From Patescibacteria group bacterium (lineage in GTDB: Bacteria > Patescibacteriota > Patescibacteriia > Patescibacteriales > BM507): a stretch of DNA of 64,000 bases. The translations under genes and the position numbers were made by a program. The DNA lies in NCBI GenBank assembly GCA_027858235.1, contig JAQIDC010000028.1:11184-75183 (forward strand), in the 5' to 3' direction. Of this stretch, positions 58,978 to 64,000 are shown piece after piece. The notes beneath the pieces were generated by a model. That model worked only from the letters and a program-made list of their open reading frames with translations. It was not told where the DNA came from and did not search any database. How positions within the stretch are numbered: position 1 is the stretch's first letter; each line of letters opens with the position of its first letter.

Positions 58978-59457
58978 TTATTTCTTATTTTTATTATTTG
59001 TCTTTTTCTTAGCGAACAATTTATCTAATTCTGTTTTGAAGGTATCAACATCTTCAAATGCTTGATAAACGCTAGCAAATCTTATATAGGCGACTTGATC
59101 TACTTTCTTCAATTGATTCATTATAATCTGCCCTATCTCATCTGATTTTACTTCATTTTTTCTTAATTTCTGAATATCTCTCTCTATTAAGTGAATTAAT
59201 TGTTTAAATTTGTCTTCATTTACTGGTCTTTTTTCTAATGATTTTTTAAGTCCTTTAATAATCTTCTCGCGACTATAGTTTTCTTTTTTGTCATCTCTCT
59301 TGAGAACTGTGAGATCTAGTATCTCTATTTCCTCAAAGGTAGAATATCGGAAATTACACTTCAAGCACTCCCTTCTTCTTCTGATAGACAGCCCATCGCT
59401 CGCCACTCTAGAATCTATTACTTTTGTATCTTGATGATAACAAACAGGACATATCAT
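58978..59457 (-). CDS. nrdR: Transcriptional repressor NrdR
   Basis: MICPVCYHQDTKVIDSR...CLKC zinc ribbon plus an ATP cone. Confidence 0.9.
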   Translation of the reverse strand: MICPVCYHQDTKVIDSRVASDGLSIRRRRECLKCNFRYSTFEEIEILDLTVLKRDDKKENYSREKIIKGLKKSLEKRPVNEDKFKQLIHLIERDIQKLRKNEVKSDEIGQIIMNQLKKVDQVAYIRFASVYQAFEDVDTFKTELDKLFAKKKTNNKNKK

Positions 59458-59485
59458 ATTATTGGTTTACAAGCATGTTTCTTAT

Positions 59486-59520
59486 AAAAAACCCCCTAAA
59501 AATGAGGCTTGGGGGGGCTT
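59486..59520 (-). terminator. Intrinsic terminator-like hairpin (CCCCCCC...GGGGG then UUUUUUAU on minus) just upstream of nrdR
   Basis: Read directly. Confidence 0.4.
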
Positions 59521-59743
59521 AAATAGATCTAAATCTGCTATCTGGACTTAATCTATATATAGTATACTTAGAGTTCTTTATACTACTACATATTGTGTTA
59601 TATTTATATTATATCACAGCTGTTTCGACTGTCAATAATCACTATATTGCCTAATTTTAGAGGGTCAAATAAACAATAATTAAACTTCCAATAAAGTGGT
59701 TAGCAAATATACAAAAGTCCTTGTGGATAAGTGCATAACAAAT

Positions 59744-59770
59744 AAAAAAACAGATTAAAATCTGTTTTTT
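59744..59770. terminator. Bidirectional terminator AAAAAAACAGATTAAAATCTGTTTTTT
   Basis: Read directly. Confidence 0.55.
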
Positions 59771-59957
59771 AGACTATATTTTCAAAAATATTTACATCAT
59801 CTTTTTCCGAATAAATGCTGGATGTATGGGTTATTCTCCGTTCTTGCTTCAAAATAATATTCTTTACTTATTCTATTGTGAATCTACTAATACTTTACCA
59901 TAACGGTGGGATAATGCAGGGTATTCTGCCGTTTAATTTGTCATAATAAAAAATATA

Positions 59958-60947
59958 TTATTGATATTCCAACACTTTTTCTGCCGGTGACAAACCACCG
60001 AGTTTTTTATGGGGCCAATAATTCCAAGCACTGGAAACGATTTGCCAATCTTTATTTATTTGCTCAATACCTTGGTCTTTCATAAAATTCGCCATCAACT
60101 TACGCATGCAATCCTGTCCGTCTTCATTATAAATCATTTCTTTTATTTCCTCCATGGTCAAAACACTATTAGTTCTTTTTATCAATTCAGCTAAATTCTC
60201 TTCCATTTCCCGCCGTCTTTCCAATATCTCTATGTTTGTTAATTTAGGTGACTCAAACCCTTTGCGCTTCGCACGCAAACCATTTAAAAAATCTTGATAT
60301 ATGCTTTTATAATAATCACTTCTAAATAGGACTTCAGTGATGAGTATATTCAAACTTTTATACACGCTAACTGGCAGACTACTGATATATTTATATTTTT
60401 TAAACCTTGCTTCAAAATTTCGATCAATCAAATCCTCTACATCCATCACAAAATTGCCAAAGCGTGTGATATTACTTTCAACAATTTTCTCAAACTCTTT
60501 ACGTTCTAAGCCCTGACTACGAATAATTTCAAAGTCACGCTTCCGGTCCAATCTTAAATCATGAATCAAATATTCAGTCGCACAAATCACAGCTTGGCGT
60601 ATTTTACCAGATGAATTTTGAATGTGCTTCAAAAAAAATTCTGCCCATTCTTCAAAATAGTCTTCGCCCACTCCGCCCCAAAGAGGCCATTTCAAAGTAT
60701 TGATAAAATAGGCTTGATGGTCAATATCTTTGATTTGATCAAATGTCTTTATTTTCTCAAGAAACACTCTAAAAGCTAAACGCCCTTCCTTGCGGTTGGG
60801 AATATAAAAATCATGCCAAAACTTCTTGACCTGTTTTTGCGCAACTTTAACCTCGGCCGGTGTGCCGGTGGTGATAGTTTGGATTAAGTTTTTTAGATAA
60901 ACTTTCATTGAAATTTTTTTATATCTAATAATGCACTGTACAAACAA
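59958..60947 (-). CDS. Hypothetical protein
   Basis: ORF track 329 aa with a TTG start. An ATG at 60908 would give 316 aa. Confidence 0.5.
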   Translation of the reverse strand: MFVQCIIRYKKISMKVYLKNLIQTITTGTPAEVKVAQKQVKKFWHDFYIPNRKEGRLAFRVFLEKIKTFDQIKDIDHQAYFINTLKWPLWGGVGEDYFEEWAEFFLKHIQNSSGKIRQAVICATEYLIHDLRLDRKRDFEIIRSQGLERKEFEKIVESNITRFGNFVMDVEDLIDRNFEARFKKYKYISSLPVSVYKSLNILITEVLFRSDYYKSIYQDFLNGLRAKRKGFESPKLTNIEILERRREMEENLAELIKRTNSVLTMEEIKEMIYNEDGQDCMRKLMANFMKDQGIEQINKDWQIVSSAWNYWPHKKLGGLSPAEKVLEYQ

Positions 60948-61053
60948 GAACTGACCTCATTTTGATTTCAAAAAGAAAAAGTGGACCCCTCCAAAAAACC
61001 ATACCTTTTATACCTTTGTTTATTAGGCATCGCCAGATTTTTTTGCGGGGCTT

Positions 61054-62355
61054 TTATAATTTCTTTGGTTCAATTTTTTGATTTGTTTTAACATCATTCA
61101 GAAATATTTTTGAACTATGGATATTTCCACTGTAATAATATGACAATGAATTTTCTTCAAAATTATAAACCATATTTTTTTTCAAAAACTGATCTAAAAT
61201 TTCTCGCCCTTGTTTTTCAAGCAACTCTTTTTTGCCTTCTGGCAATTTGTCTGCGTCGTAAAATTCTTGTTTGAAACCTTGATATATTTTAGGAAATGCT
61301 TCAGCTAATTTTGAAAAAATCGGGACATGCATATCTTTCGCTTGTGCCTCATTTTGATTTTCAGAAAAAGCATAAAAACCAAACATATAGAAATAAACTA
61401 AAATCATTGCAGGAAAGTAGCCTTTGTAGTTTGGCATAAATCCGTCTTTTCCTTCGCCAAGTATTTTTTCTTTTAATTTTGCAACAAAAACACCATAGGC
61501 AACATTATTCTCAAATCCATTTTCTTGCATTTCCAAAAAATGATCATATAGCTGATGAACTTTTATTCTAAATATTTCCTCGTTTTCGATCTTATATTTA
61601 CTTATGAAATTATAAAAAAGGTGATGTAAAAATGCTCCTGTATTTTTTCTCAATTCCTCACTTTTATCCTTCGTTCTTACACCCCATTCATAATACCACC
61701 CAAATCCTTCAATCTTGTCCAAAAGGATTTCAAGTTGTTTTTGATCAAAACATGATTCAAGGAAATCGGCGATTTCTTTGAAGAAAATACTAATCAATTC
61801 ATCATTGAGTTCGTAATTTTTTTGATAGTCATCCTCTAAGCTAACGTGATTATTCTTTTGATATACCAGTTTGAAGTATCTAGTAACAAGAGTGATGTAA
61901 TTCAACTGTCCGACGCTATCTAAACCATTAAATCTATATTCTCCAAATAGTACTCGCAATAACGATCCGTCTTTCTCTTTTATCATTATATCATCAAGAC
62001 AAAACAGTGCATTTGGATAAATTTTTTGCCCTATAAGCATATTCAAAAATGACTCGCTATTTTCTAGAGACTTGGTCATAAGTCGCTTCAAGAAAAATTC
62101 TATGTGGTCTAAGTTATGCTTACTTGCTTTTTTCTTTTCTACATAAAAATCAACCGTGCGACCAAAAACAAAATAAGATTCAGAAAAATATTTAAGGAAA
62201 ATATCACTGGCGAAATCATTTCTAAAAATATTCGCCAAATCTTTATTACTCAAAGATATATTAAGAAGATTTTCAAATAATTCTATACACCCCCGAATAG
62301 TTTGAGATTTATCCAAGTGTGAATTAGACAATGTGCCTGCCAAAACATCCTGCAA
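61054..62355 (-). CDS. Hypothetical protein (433 aa)
   Basis: ORF track, no recognisable motif. Confidence 0.5.
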   Translation of the reverse strand: MQDVLAGTLSNSHLDKSQTIRGCIELFENLLNISLSNKDLANIFRNDFASDIFLKYFSESYFVFGRTVDFYVEKKKASKHNLDHIEFFLKRLMTKSLENSESFLNMLIGQKIYPNALFCLDDIMIKEKDGSLLRVLFGEYRFNGLDSVGQLNYITLVTRYFKLVYQKNNHVSLEDDYQKNYELNDELISIFFKEIADFLESCFDQKQLEILLDKIEGFGWYYEWGVRTKDKSEELRKNTGAFLHHLFYNFISKYKIENEEIFRIKVHQLYDHFLEMQENGFENNVAYGVFVAKLKEKILGEGKDGFMPNYKGYFPAMILVYFYMFGFYAFSENQNEAQAKDMHVPIFSKLAEAFPKIYQGFKQEFYDADKLPEGKKELLEKQGREILDQFLKKNMVYNFEENSLSYYYSGNIHSSKIFLNDVKTNQKIEPKKL

Positions 62356-62752
62356 AATAAAAACTTGTTTTTTATTTAGTGTTTTAATTCCTTTTCAATA
62401 TCAACAAGCTGAGTATAAAACTCATCTTTCTTGGCTTTGTTTGCTTTATGTAAATTTTTGTTTAACGATTTCTTTATCATAATTTTTACTTTATTAGATT
62501 ACAATACTCTATATCTCATACTTCTCCCCGCCCCTGACCTTTCAATCTTTTTTATATCCAAAAAGCTTATTCCTCCATCTTCTTTAAAATCACCACGACC
62601 TGCTCATCGAAAATCTTTCGTCCGGAAAGCCGGAGCGACGCGCCCGTGCTTTCAATAAGAATAAGTGTTTTTCTTTATAGCATTTCCAAATAATTAGGAT
62701 TTATACTCCCATCTGACAGATTAGATTTTATTATCTCCTTTTTCATAGCATT

Positions 62753-64000
62753 TTATTTTTCTTTATTAAAATCCACGAATGGCAAAACCACGGCCGGCAC
62801 AAAATAAACCTCACCTTCTTTTTTCAAAACATCTTTAGTTACAATTAATTTCAATTCCACATTATCATATCGCTCCTCAAAATTCTTCATTATCATCGGC
62901 ACGCTGACTTTATTTCGATATTTCACCTCACACAAAGTCAATTTATTATTCTTGTCCTCAATCACAAAATCAATTTCTGCTCCACCATTAGTGCGGTAGA
63001 AATGAATATACTCTTTGGCATATTGTGTTAGCAAGGTGTTGTAAGTAAAATTCTCCATTACCCCGCCTTGTTCATCGGTGCCAATATTAAATGAGCGCAA
63101 AAGATAATTGCGAATACCGATATCAAGAACATAAACTTTGGGCATCTTAGAAATCTCTGAACGGATATTCTTGAAATATGGCGTTACTAAGTCAATAATA
63201 TAAGTGCCGGCTAAAATTTCTAAATATTTTTTCAAAGTATTAATTGAAACATTCGCCGTATTGGAAAGCTCGTGACTATTTACCAATTGACCGATTTGAC
63301 CAGCCAATATCTTGATCAGATTATTAAAACCAGTTACATTTTCAACATTCAATTGATTGATAATGTCTTTGTCTATATAGGTCTTAATAATCGATTTCAA
63401 AACTTCTTCTTTTTCTACTACGCCCTGAGTGGTTAAAACTTCCGGATAACCGCCATAGGACAAGTACTGTCCTAAACCTAATTCCAGCTTTGATTTAAAA
63501 GTATTATAAAATACTTCAAGCTCGTCGAATTTATCAAATCCATATCTACTTGTGTCTATACTCTCATTAAAATCAAAATACTCCTTAAAATTTACTCGAT
63601 CAACATTGAAATGAATCGCTCGACCAGTTAGATATTCTGAGTTCTTGTTTATCTCCAAGGCGCTTGAACCACTAACAATCAACTGGATTTTATCCTTGTG
63701 TTTGTCAAAGATATTTTTTAATAACATGCCAGCCTCATCCAATACTTGAAACTCATCAATCATCAAATAAATAAATTCATTGGGAAAATTGTGATATTGC
63801 TCCAAATACAGTTCTACGGTAGCCAAACTTTTCAACATTGGCGTGTTATCAATATCGTCGGCGAACAGATACGCAACCTTCTTGCCGTCAGCCTCTAAAT
63901 CTTTTTTTATCTCTTTGAGCAAATAAGTCTTACCAACCTGTCTTGCTCCTTTGATAATTAAAATCTTTTCCTTGTCTAACCAAGGACTGATTTTCTCTAA
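62753..64000 (-). CDS. AAA+ ATPase of the AAA_14/DUF4143 type; 5' end beyond the window
   Basis: The reading frame continues upstream of the first Met to the window edge. Walker A GARQVGKT is encoded at ~63935-63958, and Walker B is LMIDEFQ. Confidence 0.65.
   Translation of the reverse strand, partial: LEKISPWLDKEKILIIKGARQVGKTYLLKEIKKDLEADGKKVAYLFADDIDNTPMLKSLATVELYLEQYHNFPNEFIYLMIDEFQVLDEAGMLLKNIFDKHKDKIQLIVSGSSALEINKNSEYLTGRAIHFNVDRVNFKEYFDFNESIDTSRYGFDKFDELEVFYNTFKSKLELGLGQYLSYGGYPEVLTTQGVVEKEEVLKSIIKTYIDKDIINQLNVENVTGFNNLIKILAGQIGQLVNSHELSNTANVSINTLKKYLEILAGTYIIDLVTPYFKNIRSEISKMPKVYVLDIGIRNYLLRSFNIGTDEQGGVMENFTYNTLLTQYAKEYIHFYRTNGGAEIDFVIEDKNNKLTLCEVKYRNKVSVPMIMKNFEERYDNVELKLIVTKDVLKKEGEVYFVPAVVLPFVDFNKEK

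Noticed and set aside
1-64000. Alternative genetic code (UGA recoded as Gly, as in some CPR lineages such as Gracilibacteria and Absconditabacteria)
   Set aside because: A full-length RF2 (prfB, with SPF and GGQ motifs) is present, and many well-conserved genes end at in-frame TGA. The standard code 11 fits.
1-64000. tRNA or rRNA genes
   Set aside because: No GTTCGAATC or GTTCAAATC T-loop motif with a cloverleaf context was found, and there is no rRNA-like conserved block. GC-rich patches were checked individually.

Overview
This is an AT-rich segment from a small bacterial genome, most likely Candidate Phyla Radiation (Patescibacteria): L30 is absent between rpsE and rplO, several ribosomal proteins carry extensions, and no tRNA or rRNA gene was recognisable in 64 kb. 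Nearly all genes are on the minus strand. From high to low coordinate they run nrdR-nrdD-nrdG, prfB, comEC, then an ECF-sigma/anti-sigma/efflux cluster, then an HD phosphohydrolase. On the plus strand sit an RND efflux pair beside a divergent two-component system, and a small island holding a lipoprotein and an IS200/RAYT-like element. The minus strand continues with a complete str operon (rpsL-rpsG-fusA-tuf), the S10/spc ribosomal operon through secY, an ABC exporter, map, ruvX, recO, aspS and asnS. The genetic code appears standard: an RF2 with the SPF motif is present and ORFs terminate at TGA. The most unusual signals are non-coding. Period-7 (ATTCAAR)n tandem repeats lie directly upstream of the start codons of asnS, aspS, fusA and rplD. 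A 65-nt structured repeat with compensatory substitutions occurs three times inside the ribosomal operon. A two-hairpin repeat family occurs in both orientations. A GC-rich structured island with a T-box-like motif sits in the aspS leader. The nrdD gene is split, with its glycyl-radical loop on a separate 48-aa ORF. One accessory cluster combines an ECF sigma, an anti-sigma-like protein, a Met/His-rich repeat protein and a MacAB-like exporter flanked by paralogous lipoproteins.
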